Positions 1 through 11,200 of a stretch of DNA of 64,000 nt are shown piece after piece. The DNA is from a virus. Position 1 is the first letter of the stretch. The number at the start of each line of letters is the position of its first letter. Where the stretch lies: IMG/VR virus record IMGVR_UViG_3300032236_001416, positions 3,696-67,695 of that record; one strand, 5' to 3'. The position numbers and the translations under genes are program-made. The notes beneath the pieces were generated by a model, which saw only the letters and a program-made list of their open reading frames with translations, was not told the DNA's origin and made no database searches.

Positions 1-593
1 ATGACAACTTGACCAGTTTTGGCTATTGCTCTGTCGAATAAGGCTCGGTGACCAGCATGCCATGGTTGCCAACGACCTAACATTTGAACAGTTTCTTTTT
101 GCCAATCAAATGTAGGCCTACGGCGATTTTCTAAAATATGTGAACCAATAAACTCAGCCCATTTTTCCGCATTTTGTTCTATCACACGGAAATCATAAAC
201 TTCTGGTGAAACAAATACTTTATTGGTATCTTCAAACCTTCCGGCTTCAATTGTGTCTATCCAAATAGTCCAATCTGCCTTGAAGTTATTACGCATTTCA
301 ACTAAAGGTGCCACAAAATCAACGATACAAAAATCAACATCCGATTTATCGGCTAATTCTCGCATACGTAAACTTTGTCGTATTCTACCTTCTTTACTAA
401 AATCCCAGTCATTATAATGTTTACGAACTTCATCAGCATTCAACCATTTAACTCTAACTTTAGAATCAGAAAATGGCGTCAATGAATTTTCGGTAATAGG
501 TTTAATGTGGTCTTCAAGATATTTTTTTAATCTCTCTGCCAAATAAGTTTTACCAGAACCAGGTAAACCCATAATTAAAATGCGTTGTGTCAT
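1..593 (-). CDS. Adenylylsulfate (APS) kinase-like protein fused to an HxGH nucleotidyltransferase domain (3' end runs off the window)
   Basis: Not in the ORF track; translated by hand from ATG at 593 (SD AGGAG upstream): MTQRILIMGLPGSGKT (P-loop, 546-569) ... NADEVR ... WDFSKEGRIRQ ... DFVAP, then GRWQPWHAGH (48-77), an NMNAT/cytidylyltransferase-type motif. Confidence 0.8.
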   Translation of the reverse strand, partial: MTQRILIMGLPGSGKTYLAERLKKYLEDHIKPITENSLTPFSDSKVRVKWLNADEVRKHYNDWDFSKEGRIRQSLRMRELADKSDVDFCIVDFVAPLVEMRNNFKADWTIWIDTIEAGRFEDTNKVFVSPEVYDFRVIEQNAEKWAEFIGSHILENRRRPTFDWQKETVQMLGRWQPWHAGHRALFDRAIAKTGQVV

Positions 594-608
594 AATATAA
601 TCTCCTGT

Positions 609-1436
609 TTATTCGTACAATGATTTAACTTCGTCCTCATCAGCAACAGCTTCAACACTTTCTTCTGTGGCAGTTTCTGTTTCTGAAACTTGCGGATTCA
701 AATTCTGTTCTAATGCACTGGCAAAATCAACAGCATATAAATTGTCTGTTAATTGTCCACAAGTTGATATTGGATTCAACCAAATGTCATATCCCATATC
801 TTTAATTTTATGGCATAGAACAATACTTTCATTCAAAAATTGACCGTCTTTAATCTCATATTCAAAAACGTTTTTAATTTCATTACCAGTATTGTTGGTA
901 ATTGAAGTACTACCATCAAGCAACTCTGTCAAAACTTTATTACTAAGTTTCATAAAACCAGTAGAAGCGGATTTAACTTTCATCAAACCTTCTTCGTTCT
1001 TTTCAATGTTCCCTACATCCATATCCAAATCAAAAACAACATTACCTAATGTTTTCTTGACTACTGGTACAGCAATAACATCTTCTTTGTTTAGAACACA
1101 AGAAACAAATGTTACAGGATCCCATCCCAAATCATCATTAATAAAAACGATAGAATCATATTCCACATCTTTTAAATTATTTAACAATTCATTTTTAGCC
1201 ATTGGAACAGAATCGATGTTGCTTATAAAAATTGGAAATACTTTGATGTTATTAAATAAAGCCAATCTTATGGTCGTTGCTAGACTATTCACATATAGTG
1301 ATTTGATTGAATTATTTTTTGTGTTAGTCAAAACAAAAACATTTTTAAACTCTGGTAGAGTTTGTGTTTGTTCTTGTGTTGTTTCTTGAACATCTTCTAC
1401 TTGTTCAACTTTATCATTTTTTCTGTTTGTTTTCAT
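609..1436 (-). CDS. GT-A-fold glycosyltransferase-like protein, degenerate paralog of the upstream gene
   Basis: Aligns by eye with 1446..2201 (YVNSL, IVFINDDLGW vs LIWIDVDIEW, STGFMKLS vs GTGFLRFS, NESIVLCH vs SEDIYVCR); acidic tails at both ends. Confidence 0.6.
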   Translation of the reverse strand: MKTNRKNDKVEQVEDVQETTQEQTQTLPEFKNVFVLTNTKNNSIKSLYVNSLATTIRLALFNNIKVFPIFISNIDSVPMAKNELLNNLKDVEYDSIVFINDDLGWDPVTFVSCVLNKEDVIAVPVVKKTLGNVVFDLDMDVGNIEKNEEGLMKVKSASTGFMKLSNKVLTELLDGSTSITNNTGNEIKNVFEYEIKDGQFLNESIVLCHKIKDMGYDIWLNPISTCGQLTDNLYAVDFASALEQNLNPQVSETETATEESVEAVADEDEVKSLYE

Positions 1437-1445
1437 TTTAATTCC

Positions 1446-2201
1446 TCAATAAATGTTTTTAAATTGTTTAAGATAATCTATACCATTACTCTGTTTGTTT
1501 TCTTTTTCCAGAATTCTTACATTATTTTTATACCATTTGAAAAAATCTCCTTGATATTTTTTGCCACCAACGTGATTGCATGTCATTTTTGGATCTAAAT
1601 AAATTTTAAAACCTCCTTCATTCACCAATCTTCTACATACATATATATCCTCGCTTACCAATTGATTCTTTTTAACTCCCACATCAAAAATCCAACGTCT
1701 TTCTTTAATTTTTTCTCCTGGCATCTCTGGCATTTCTATATATGGTTCTGAATTGTCCCATAACCATTGACAAGCTTTACGACTAAAACGTAAAAAACCT
1801 GTTCCAAGTCCTCCAACTTCATAAAGACCTTCTGGACCAGGTTTCATTTGACCAAAATCACCCACATATATTTCTTTTTGGTCACCTTTTTTGGGGTATG
1901 TGCCACCAACCACATCAACGGGATAATCTAATAATTTGATTATCCATTCTGGTTGCCATTCAATGTCAACATCTATCCATATTAAATCATCACATTCTTC
2001 CTCTAGTGCAAGATGAATAGTATCATTCCTACAACGCTGTACCAATGCATCAAATGAAACCCAAATTGGTAATATGTCAATATTCAAATTATTTTCATAA
2101 ATATATTTAATAGTATTCACTAAACTATTAACATACCATACATCAATTGTTCCATCATAAGACGGACTACCAATCATTACTTTTCTTCGTTTAGTGTCCA
2201 T
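1446..2201 (-). CDS. GT-A-fold glycosyltransferase-like protein (phage family)
   Basis: IGSPSYDG start, DxD motif (WIDVD), VVGGTYPKK, GTGFL, SEDIYVCR, final NHVG. Confidence 0.7.
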   Translation of the reverse strand: MDTKRRKVMIGSPSYDGTIDVWYVNSLVNTIKYIYENNLNIDILPIWVSFDALVQRCRNDTIHLALEEECDDLIWIDVDIEWQPEWIIKLLDYPVDVVGGTYPKKGDQKEIYVGDFGQMKPGPEGLYEVGGLGTGFLRFSRKACQWLWDNSEPYIEMPEMPGEKIKERRWIFDVGVKKNQLVSEDIYVCRRLVNEGGFKIYLDPKMTCNHVGGKKYQGDFFKWYKNNVRILEKENKQSNGIDYLKQFKNIY

Positions 2202-3202
2202 TTAACTACCTCTGTTAATCTCTCTTTTACTGAAATTTTTGGTTGCCAACCTAAAGACCTTAGATAATCACCCGAAATCGAATATCTAAAATCGTGTCCT
2301 GGTCTATCTAAAGGTTCAACTAAATTGTATTTTAATTCTTTGTTTTGTGCTTCGGCAATAATTTTGGCCACTTCTAAATTGTTTAATTCTTCTGTACTTG
2401 CAATATTAAATTTAGGACATTTACCACCTTTGTGGTCTGCTGGTAATGGAATTTCTTTTAAGTTTAAGATAAACCAAAGAGCATCACCTACATCAAGTGC
2501 ATGTAAATAACAACGAGAACCTATTGTATTTGTTTTGTTGTTGATATGTATTGTTATAGTTTCATCGTTTTTAACTTTTTCAATAGTCATCGGAATATAT
2601 TTCTCAATAGCTTGGCGTTCACCAAATACATTCATTGTATGTGTTATATACATTGGTATACCATATGTGTTTGAATATGCTACACACAATTCTTCCGCCG
2701 CTGCTTTAGATGCCGAATAAGGACTTGTGGCATTATATCGGTCATATTCCGTAAATCTTACATTAGGTATTGCTGGACCAAAAACTTCATCTGTGGAAAA
2801 ATAAATCATTCTTTCCAAAGATTTTAAAGTTCTTGCATATTCCAAAAGATGTGCTGTACCAATTACATTATTTTGTACAAACTCTAATGGATATTGTATT
2901 GACCTAGTTACATGAGATGAAGCTGCCATATGTACAATGACATTCACATCACCAAGAAGTTCTTTTGTTTGGTCGTTAAGTTCGGCTCTAAGGTCATGGT
3001 ATACTACCTTGAGTCGTTTTTTGGTTTCTGTATCAAATTCTTCCATCATTTGATGTACTCGATTTAAATTACCAGAAAAATCAAGTCTATCTAAACTGAT
3101 AATATTATAATCAGTATTTTTTAAGAAGAAAGATATTACATGGTGTGCAATAAAACCTGCACCACCAGTTATTAATAATGTTTTACCAGTTGTATGAGTC
3201 AT
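2177..3202 (-). CDS. rmlB: dTDP-glucose 4,6-dehydratase-like NAD-dependent epimerase/dehydratase (RmlB family)
   Basis: GGAGFI Rossmann motif, HMAASSHV, STDEVFG, YSASK (YxxxK), DRPGHDFRY. Confidence 0.85.
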   Translation of the reverse strand: MTHTTGKTLLITGGAGFIAHHVISFFLKNTDYNIISLDRLDFSGNLNRVHQMMEEFDTETKKRLKVVYHDLRAELNDQTKELLGDVNVIVHMAASSHVTRSIQYPLEFVQNNVIGTAHLLEYARTLKSLERMIYFSTDEVFGPAIPNVRFTEYDRYNATSPYSASKAAAEELCVAYSNTYGIPMYITHTMNVFGERQAIEKYIPMTIEKVKNDETITIHINNKTNTIGSRCYLHALDVGDALWFILNLKEIPLPADHKGGKCPKFNIASTEELNNLEVAKIIAEAQNKELKYNLVEPLDRPGHDFRYSISGDYLRSLGWQPKISVKERLTEVVKWTLNEEK

Positions 3203-4091
3203 TCAAAAATTCTTTCCATGATGGGATTCTATTTTTCCATGTCCAAAATTTATTATAAAAATCAGATTGTTCCTTGTAGAAGGAATCACCGTGTACATAG
3301 TTATTTATCGCTGTGTCCAGTACACGTGCATATCTTTCTGCTAATACCAATCTATCTGAAGTATATGTTACATAATCAGCCCACTCAGAACATGTTTCAT
3401 ATAAAGCACCAAAATTTGAGACTACCATTTTACAACCTGCTGCACCAGCTTCTAATGCCGATAAACAACTTGTTTCTTGAAAAACACTAGGGTATGCAAA
3501 TATATGTGCCTTCTGTACCGCTTTACGTACACCGGCATTTGAAGCATATCCCATGTAATTAACATTTTTCATACGTTTGGCACGATTAAACAAATCATCA
3601 TATACACCTTTGGTCATCTGTGCAAAACCATCACCATATATGATAGTTGAAGAATAAACATCCAATTCAATATCATCTCTATCCAGCATTTCAAAAGCAT
3701 CAAGTAGAACAGATAATCCTCTCCAAGGCGTTGATGTATATATCAGTTTTATTTTACCTGTTGGTTTGGCCACAAACGGTACAGGTTCAATAGCATTCTT
3801 AATTACTATTGATTTGTTTTCTGGTACTTTAAAAAACATTCTATATTTTTCATATTCCCAATTTGAACCATATATAAAGTAATCAATCTTATCAACAAAA
3901 GATTTATCTGCCATTAGTTGTACGTTATCTTGGTCAACATCAAGTTGTTGCCATATAACATTCTTTTTATTTGGCACAATTAATTCGTGCCTACAAGTTG
4001 ATGCAATTAAATTAACATCTGGATTCCATTCTGGTCCTAAATATTTGTTAAGTGCAGCTAAAAGTATTTCTGTTCCGCCTAGTGGTTTCAT
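3183..4091 (-). CDS. GT-B (GT4-like) glycosyltransferase
   Basis: PLGGTE N-terminus, YTSTPWRGL, YPSVFQETSCLSALEA (E-x7-E), NFGALYET. Confidence 0.8.
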   Translation of the reverse strand: MKPLGGTEILLAALNKYLGPEWNPDVNLIASTCRHELIVPNKKNVIWQQLDVDQDNVQLMADKSFVDKIDYFIYGSNWEYEKYRMFFKVPENKSIVIKNAIEPVPFVAKPTGKIKLIYTSTPWRGLSVLLDAFEMLDRDDIELDVYSSTIIYGDGFAQMTKGVYDDLFNRAKRMKNVNYMGYASNAGVRKAVQKAHIFAYPSVFQETSCLSALEAGAAGCKMVVSNFGALYETCSEWADYVTYTSDRLVLAERYARVLDTAINNYVHGDSFYKEQSDFYNKFWTWKNRIPSWKEFLNDSYNW

Positions 4092-4735
4092 GTTCGTGTA
4101 AATAATATATCCATTTGTAAAAGAGATTCGGTGTTATCATATACATAACTCATAATATCTTGTATTGCATATCCTTTGAGTCTCATGTATTCTATGATAT
4201 CACCAACGAGTGGTGCTCCAACATTGTATTGTTTGACGGACGTTTCTAGTACAAAATATTTTGGTTGAAATGTTTTAATAAAGTTTTCTCCACCTTTTAA
4301 AATTTCCAACTCAGCACCTTGTGTATCCATTTTAACCATGCCTGAGTTTTTCCAATTACCACGAAAATTAATACGTTTCATTAAATCATCCAATGTTGTT
4401 GTTCTTTTTTTAACAACCAATGGATTGGTATAATAACTTGTTAACTCACGGTACATTGAACTTCCGGTTGTAATTGAATTTTCACCTAATGTAAAGAATT
4501 CAACTTCTTGATTTGCTTTAGATGATAATAAAGCTATGGTAGCATCTGGTTGTAAATAAGGTAATTGTCTTTCGTCAGCTTCAATTTGCCAAACTTTTAC
4601 TTGCGGCCATAAGTTTCTAACCATTCTAGTGAAATCACCTCTATAGGCACCAATATCTAAAAGATTACTGATGTTCACGTTGTTGGCTTGCAACACCGCC
4701 ATTCTATATTGAAAACGATCCATTATCCGATCCAC
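4088..4735 (-). CDS. FkbM-family SAM-dependent methyltransferase
   Basis: LDIGAYRG, IEA, TTTLDD, KMDTQGAELEILKG, QMDILF. Confidence 0.85.
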   Translation of the reverse strand: MDRIMDRFQYRMAVLQANNVNISNLLDIGAYRGDFTRMVRNLWPQVKVWQIEADERQLPYLQPDATIALLSSKANQEVEFFTLGENSITTGSSMYRELTSYYTNPLVVKKRTTTLDDLMKRINFRGNWKNSGMVKMDTQGAELEILKGGENFIKTFQPKYFVLETSVKQYNVGAPLVGDIIEYMRLKGYAIQDIMSYVYDNTESLLQMDILFTRT

Positions 4736-5547
4736 TTAACCTGGCGTTTCATGTGTTCAAAGTTTTTCTTCCAGAATGATTGGTCAGCATACATTTTCCA
4801 TAAATCTTCTGGCAAAATTGGCTTACGATTAACTGGTTGAACTTTCTTTTTAACTTCATGTAAACCGTGCATACCAAGTCTATCATCAAAAGCCACAAAT
4901 TCTTTATCATAACTTTCTGTTACATTATCGAAATCGTGGTTGAAATATGGTTCACCTAAAAATTGATACAACTGTCTAATTGACGATTCTGGATTTTTAG
5001 TAAGTGCATCATAATCTATAACACAAACCATATCTTTTTCATTTGAATATATTGCTTGTTTAGTACATGCCAAAGGTGCATTAACAAAACCACCAATATT
5101 CATAACTGTGTGTGTTCTTTCGTATACCGAAATCATATCTTGTCCACCATACACACCTTTAAGTGTTAGTGGATTCTTTTCATTGATTCGTTCAATCGAA
5201 TCTAAAATCCAAGGTATGTCTCTGACACAAAGAATAATTTTAGAATTTGGCCAAATGTTTCTTACCATAGGAGTATGTGCTGCCCATCCACGGTTTGTGT
5301 TAAAACAAACTTCATTTGCGTTAGAATAATATGATTGAAACATACCAGCAATAATTTCTCTACGTTTTTCAATCGTAATAAATTCTTCCATTCCTACCGC
5401 ATTCTGTACAGTTTGAATAACTCCTCTTGCCATGTCTAACATAGGATCGGTCATTGATGCTGTAAATCTTGGATTTTGTCTAAGAATTGAAGATAACAGA
5501 GTTGAACCAGCTCTTGGCAATCCGGAAATAAAGTGCATTTTTTTCAT
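4723..5547 (-). CDS. PAPS-dependent sulfotransferase
   Basis: 5'-PSB loop SGLPRAGSTLL, ILCVRD...S (3'-PB), YDALTKNP. Confidence 0.85.
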   Translation of the reverse strand: MKKMHFISGLPRAGSTLLSSILRQNPRFTASMTDPMLDMARGVIQTVQNAVGMEEFITIEKRREIIAGMFQSYYSNANEVCFNTNRGWAAHTPMVRNIWPNSKIILCVRDIPWILDSIERINEKNPLTLKGVYGGQDMISVYERTHTVMNIGGFVNAPLACTKQAIYSNEKDMVCVIDYDALTKNPESSIRQLYQFLGEPYFNHDFDNVTESYDKEFVAFDDRLGMHGLHEVKKKVQPVNRKPILPEDLWKMYADQSFWKKNFEHMKRQVKWIG

Positions 5548-5548
5548 A

Positions 5549-7246
5549 TTATTCTTTCACAATTAATTTTTTGATATCAGGAAGGTACAGATAATTAATA
5601 TCTGAATTTAAAATAGTATTCAAAGCGTCTTCAATTGTTTCTACCAAAGGTTCACCAGCAAGGTTGAAACTTGTATTGAACAATATTGGTACTCCAGTTT
5701 TTTCATTGAATGCTTTAATCAAATCATAATAATTTTTATTTTGTTTTGGTGTTACTGTTTGTATACGACATGTACCATCAACGTGAGTTATAGCTGGAAT
5801 TTCACCGAGTTTTTCAAACTTAACATTAATAGCATACATCATATATGGTGTTTCTTTTAAACCACGCATTTCAAACCAAGTGTCGGCATGTTCGGCCATC
5901 ATAGAACCAGCAAAAGGTCTAAACCATTCACGACCTTTAACTAGATTAACTATTTCTTTACCATCTTGATTTCGTGGGTCAAATAAAATTGAACGATTAC
6001 CTAATGCTCTTGGTCCACCTTCAGCACGACCTTGGAACATAGCAACAATGTTTTGATTAACAATCAAATCTGCCACAAAAGCAGGTGTTGTATTGTGCAT
6101 TTTTAATTTTGTTTTCTTAATCAATTCTTCCAAGTGACCATACTTTGGTGGAAAACTTAGATACAATGTATTAAGTTTATTAATTTCAGTTGATTCACTA
6201 TGAGAATACCAAGCCAATAATGCCAAACCAATTGCTGTACCACCATCATGTGATGCTGGGTCAACATAAATGTTTAAATCTGGAAATCTTTCTTTGTAAT
6301 AATAATTAGCAACACAGTTTAATCCATAACCACCAGCAATAACAACATTTGTTTCGCCTGTTAAATCAACTGCTTTTTGAATTAAGTTGCCCAACATAGT
6401 TTGTGATTCATCTTGGATTTTCCATGCCAAGTTTTTATCAACATCAGACACTTGCGTAAAATCTTTATGCCAAACTTCAGGTTCTAAGGTTCGTTTTAAA
6501 TATGGAAATCTATTTTCATCTATCATTGCACCAGCAGGATACATTGGTATCAATAAATTTTTATTACCTTTTCCTTCAATAAAGAAGTCTGGTATATTAT
6601 CATCTGGTTCGCCATAAGGTGCAAGACCCATAGTTTTACCAGCTTCAATGAATCCAAAACCAAGATAATGTGATACTGCTTCATATGCTTTGGTGATGGT
6701 AACTGTATTATCAAACTCTTGTATACCATTATTATAATAGAAAGCATTACCATCTGCATATCGTTTGTAAAGTGGTTCAAATTCTGTAGGATAACCACAT
6801 TTAATAATTGATTCAGTTTCGAATCCTGCTACACCTTGTTGTGAATTTTCTTCTCCAATCATCGCCTGGTGAACGGAACCAGCACCGTCAGCAATGACAG
6901 CAACAGCTGTTTCGAAACCAGAATTGTAGAATGCACCAGCGGCATGTCCCATATGGTGTTGATGACCCATATTGGTAACTTTAACTTGTGGATTGTATTT
7001 GCGAACAAGAGCTGTGTAAGCATCTTCGCCTGTCCATGGTAATGTAGCAAGTTCTGGACTTGTACCACCAATAACTAATTCGTCTATTTTATATTCTTCA
7101 AGTATTTTAATCATACCACGAAACGGATTGCCATCATATTTCAACCGAGACAATCTTTCTTCTTCACAGTAATAGATTATTTTACCGTCAGATATCAGAG
7201 CAACTGAACCGTTATGTCCAGGATTTATAGCCATAATATTATACAT
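5549..7246 (-). CDS. O-carbamoyltransferase, NodU/CmcH/TobZ family
   Basis: GHNGS, EEERLSRLK, HQHHMGHA, ADGAG, GKTMGLAPYG, AGGYGLNCVAN, HDGGTAIG, EGGPRALGNRS, REWFRPFA, HVDGTCRIQTV, FNTSFN. Confidence 0.92.
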   Translation of the reverse strand: MYNIMAINPGHNGSVALISDGKIIYYCEEERLSRLKYDGNPFRGMIKILEEYKIDELVIGGTSPELATLPWTGEDAYTALVRKYNPQVKVTNMGHQHHMGHAAGAFYNSGFETAVAVIADGAGSVHQAMIGEENSQQGVAGFETESIIKCGYPTEFEPLYKRYADGNAFYYNNGIQEFDNTVTITKAYEAVSHYLGFGFIEAGKTMGLAPYGEPDDNIPDFFIEGKGNKNLLIPMYPAGAMIDENRFPYLKRTLEPEVWHKDFTQVSDVDKNLAWKIQDESQTMLGNLIQKAVDLTGETNVVIAGGYGLNCVANYYYKERFPDLNIYVDPASHDGGTAIGLALLAWYSHSESTEINKLNTLYLSFPPKYGHLEELIKKTKLKMHNTTPAFVADLIVNQNIVAMFQGRAEGGPRALGNRSILFDPRNQDGKEIVNLVKGREWFRPFAGSMMAEHADTWFEMRGLKETPYMMYAINVKFEKLGEIPAITHVDGTCRIQTVTPKQNKNYYDLIKAFNEKTGVPILFNTSFNLAGEPLVETIEDALNTILNSDINYLYLPDIKKLIVKE

Positions 7247-7248
7247 AA

Positions 7249-8181
7249 TTACCTTTTTTCTATATCAGCCACAATCGAATCAAATATTTCTTTAACTTCT
7301 GTTTCAGAGAAGTCCATTAGTGATTCATTCATCCTGTCTGCCATTACCGAATCTAATCCAGTAATACGAATAGGAGAATACTTCTTCACACCTTCTTTTT
7401 CCAAAACTTGAAAATAATCAGGATATGAAGTATTTATAGGGAACGTGGAACCATATATTACAGTACCTTTAGTGCCTACAGCTCTTGCCATATGTTGACC
7501 AACAGAATCAACACCGACAAAATAATCGGCAGCTTCAATTAAAGAAGCCCACATACGTAAATCGGCGTTTGGTACTTTAATTGATAAAGTATCTTCTGGT
7601 ATATTTAAATGTTGTTCACCAAAAAATATAACATTATATCTAGCGGCCAGTTTTTTTGTTAAGGACATGAATCCTTTTACACTTAAACTTCTAGTGGTTG
7701 TATCAAGTACATCTTTATTGTTTTGTGTAGGTTGTGCACCAGAACCAAAAGGTTGAAATATAATTGTTTTGGATTTTTTGCCAGCAGCTTTGGCTTCTTC
7801 GATTGTATTTTTAGCCCATAGTTTTTCACTCTTATTGAAAAACATTACAGGTGGACCTAAATCTGAATGGTCTTTTGTGTGATTGATTTCTTCATCAAAA
7901 GCTTCCGCAAGAGAAAGTTTTTGTAGGAAATACCCAGGATTTCGGTATGGTTCTGGTGAATGTATTACATCTGCTTTAGATATAACATTATCAAAAATAC
8001 CTTTTGTATCTAAACTGAATACTCGGTCTTGCAGTTCTGGAATACTCCACAACAATGAATCCCAAGCCGGTATTAAAATGTTCCAATCAGAATTTGGATT
8101 TAATCTTGCAAATTTAAGTAGTGCCGGTATGGCTGCAATGATTCTACCGGCACCACCATCAATGTAAAATATTTCTTTCAT
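7249..8181 (-). CDS. GT9-like (heptosyltransferase-type) GT-B glycosyltransferase
   Basis: IDGGAGR N-terminal loop, IFQPFGS, FVGVDSVGQHMARA; ATG at 8181 preferred over the track's TTG at 8187. Confidence 0.7.
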   Translation of the reverse strand: MKEIFYIDGGAGRIIAAIPALLKFARLNPNSDWNILIPAWDSLLWSIPELQDRVFSLDTKGIFDNVISKADVIHSPEPYRNPGYFLQKLSLAEAFDEEINHTKDHSDLGPPVMFFNKSEKLWAKNTIEEAKAAGKKSKTIIFQPFGSGAQPTQNNKDVLDTTTRSLSVKGFMSLTKKLAARYNVIFFGEQHLNIPEDTLSIKVPNADLRMWASLIEAADYFVGVDSVGQHMARAVGTKGTVIYGSTFPINTSYPDYFQVLEKEGVKKYSPIRITGLDSVMADRMNESLMDFSETEVKEIFDSIVADIEKR

Positions 8182-8233
8182 ATTCAAATCACTTTCAACT
8201 AAAAATTATATAACATTATATAGGTCACTTTTT

Positions 8234-11200
8234 TTACGCTATTTTACCCTCAATTATTCCAACTCTTGTTGCCAAGTCCGTAAATTTCTCTTCCAATTCT
8301 TGTAAAGCTTTTACGATAATTGGTAATATTTTACCTGGTGCAGCCTCAAGCCTATCAGGATTATCTTTCAGTACTATGTCTGCGAATCCTATATTATATT
8401 TTTCCGAAACTGCATCAAGCTCCTGAGCAATAAAACCAAGTTCTTGTTGGCCAATTTTTCCACCATCTCGCATGTTCCATGTGAATTTTACAGGTCGTAA
8501 ATCTTTAATGAATTCCAAACCAACTGGTATGCCTTGAATATTTGTTTTATCACGGCAGTCAGACAATGCTGTAATAGTAGTTACTTGACCACGAATTACT
8601 GTAATTTGATTATTACCTAATGTAACTGAATTACATGATGTTATGGTTGAAGGAACTGCTTTATATCCCAAGAATGAATTATTACAACCTGTAGTTAATG
8701 TATATCCTGCGGCGTATCCTATAGCAGTATTTTGAAATACATTTGCACATGCTAATGCTTTATATCCAACCGCTACACCGCTTCTACCTGTAGTATTAGC
8801 ACACATTGCTCTCATTCCTATAGCAGTATTCTTATTGCCAGTTGTTTGAGCCTGTGCAGCTGCATAACCTATAAGAACATTGTTACCAGAATACATAGTA
8901 GGACTAGTTGCAGCACCATGACCAATAATTACATTTTTATAACTAGCACCAGCAGTACCACCAGCACCTGATCCGCCTCCTTGACCTGCGTTATAACCCA
9001 TCATAATATTATTACAACCGGTACATATACATCTGCCTGCATTAGGTCCTATAAAAATATTTCTATAATTTTTTGTAGCATATGCACCAGCATACTTACC
9101 AATTGCAATATTATTACAACCGGTAGTTAAAGTATTCATCGCACATCTACCGAAAATAATATTATCGTTACCGGCCATACCACCGGTAGCATTACCAAAT
9201 CCGGCTTTATAACCAATAGCAATGTTATATTTACTATTAACAATACATTTAGCTGCGTACTTACCAATCATAATATTAGTACAACCATTACATATATTAT
9301 ATCCTGCACCATATCCTATAGCAATATTATCATTTGCACTTTTTGCCAATTGCATTGTTGCAGAACCAAGAGCAGTATTATTAAAACCTCCAAAATTACC
9401 GTTTCCTGAATTTTGACCTCTCAGTGACCTGTAACCTATTGCAATGTTATTAAATCCAGTAGTCGCATACTTAGCAGCATAGAATCCCATAAATGTGTTT
9501 CTATATCCAGTTGTCAGACAACAACCTGCCATTGATCCCACTACAGTATTTCTACATCCAGTAGTTCCATAGTACATAGCACCACAACCTATTGCTACGT
9601 TAAATGCACCTGTCGTAAGTCTTGTTGCAGCACCTGCACCAACAACAGTATTACCACCCAATATTACCTTACATAATGCTCTGAATCCCAAAGCCGTGTT
9701 ATAATTAGCAGTAGTTTGACTGAATAAACTTCTAACACCAACAGCAGTATTACCACATCCAGTTGTTTGAGCCTGTAAAGCATATCCACCTATAGCAACA
9801 CCACATGTACCTGTAGAAGTTGCATTGAATGCTTTTTTACCAACTGCTGTGTTATAGTTTGTAGTTGTTGTACGACCATATACAGTACCAAGTGCAGTTG
9901 GTGTAGCAGCAGTACCGCCACCGCCACCACCAACTGCTGTACCGTTAACAGTTAATACACCAGCACCGGTAACTTTTAAGCAATTAGTACCTGCTTGAAG
10001 AAAAATTGTGTTGGTCAAACCTGCTGTACCAGCATAACTTCCGATAATCGTATTATTGCTACCAGTAACTAAACATCCTGCACATGCACCAATCGCTATA
10101 TTACCACTTCCACAAACAACTCTTAATGCACCATAACCCATTGCAATATTACAACCACCAGATACATTCAAACACATTGCGGCTAGACCCATAGCAATGT
10201 TTTGATAACCATTGGTATTAAAGAGTAAAGCAGTAGAGCCAATAGCAATATTTTGACCACCAACTGTATTGCAATATAATGCTTGAGGACCAATTGCTAA
10301 ATTGTTATTACCAGTTGTATTTTTAAGTAAAGCACATCTTCCCAAAGCAACATTACTTTGACCGAATGTTAAAGAACAAGCAGCACCAAGACCAATCGCA
10401 ATATTATCCTGACCACTAGTTGCAGTTTTTAATGCACAATCTCCAGCAGCAAAATTATTAACTCCAACAGTAATACCGTATCCTGCACATCGTCCAAAAC
10501 CAACATTATGTGAACCAGTTGATATGTTACGCAAAGCAGCTAAACCTATAGCGGTGTTATATGTACCAGTTGCATTAGTACCACTAGCGGGGCCAAACAT
10601 TGCACTTGATCCAATAGCCACATTAAATTTACCGCCCAGCATACATGTTCCGGCACCACCACCAATAAATACGTTTCTACAACCAGTTGTTAGATATATT
10701 CCGGCATTCGAACCAATGCCAATATTATAACCACCGGTTGTAGTACGTTGCAATGCATATTTACCTATACCAATGCTACCACCGGCTGTTGTAGCACAAC
10801 TTAACGCACAGAATCCTACAGCAACATTATTGATACCATAAGTTAGTGTGGTTAATGCTTGATTACCAACAGCAACGTTATTTGTACCTGTAGTAAGTGC
10901 AAGTCCCGATTTATATCCAATAGCAGTATTACAACCACTAGTAACAGTTGCATTACCAGCACAATGACCAATAAAAGTGTTATTAAGTGCAGATGTTGTA
11001 CGACCATATACTATACCCGCTGCGGTCGGTGTAGCAGCAGTACCGCCACCACCACCAACTGCTGAACCATTAATAGTTAAGCATCCGGCTCCACATACTC
11101 TTAAGCAATTAGTACCTGCCTTAATAAAAATTACACAAGATATACCAGATGTTCCTTGATAGTCACCAATAATTGTATTCTGAACACCAGTTGTAATAGC

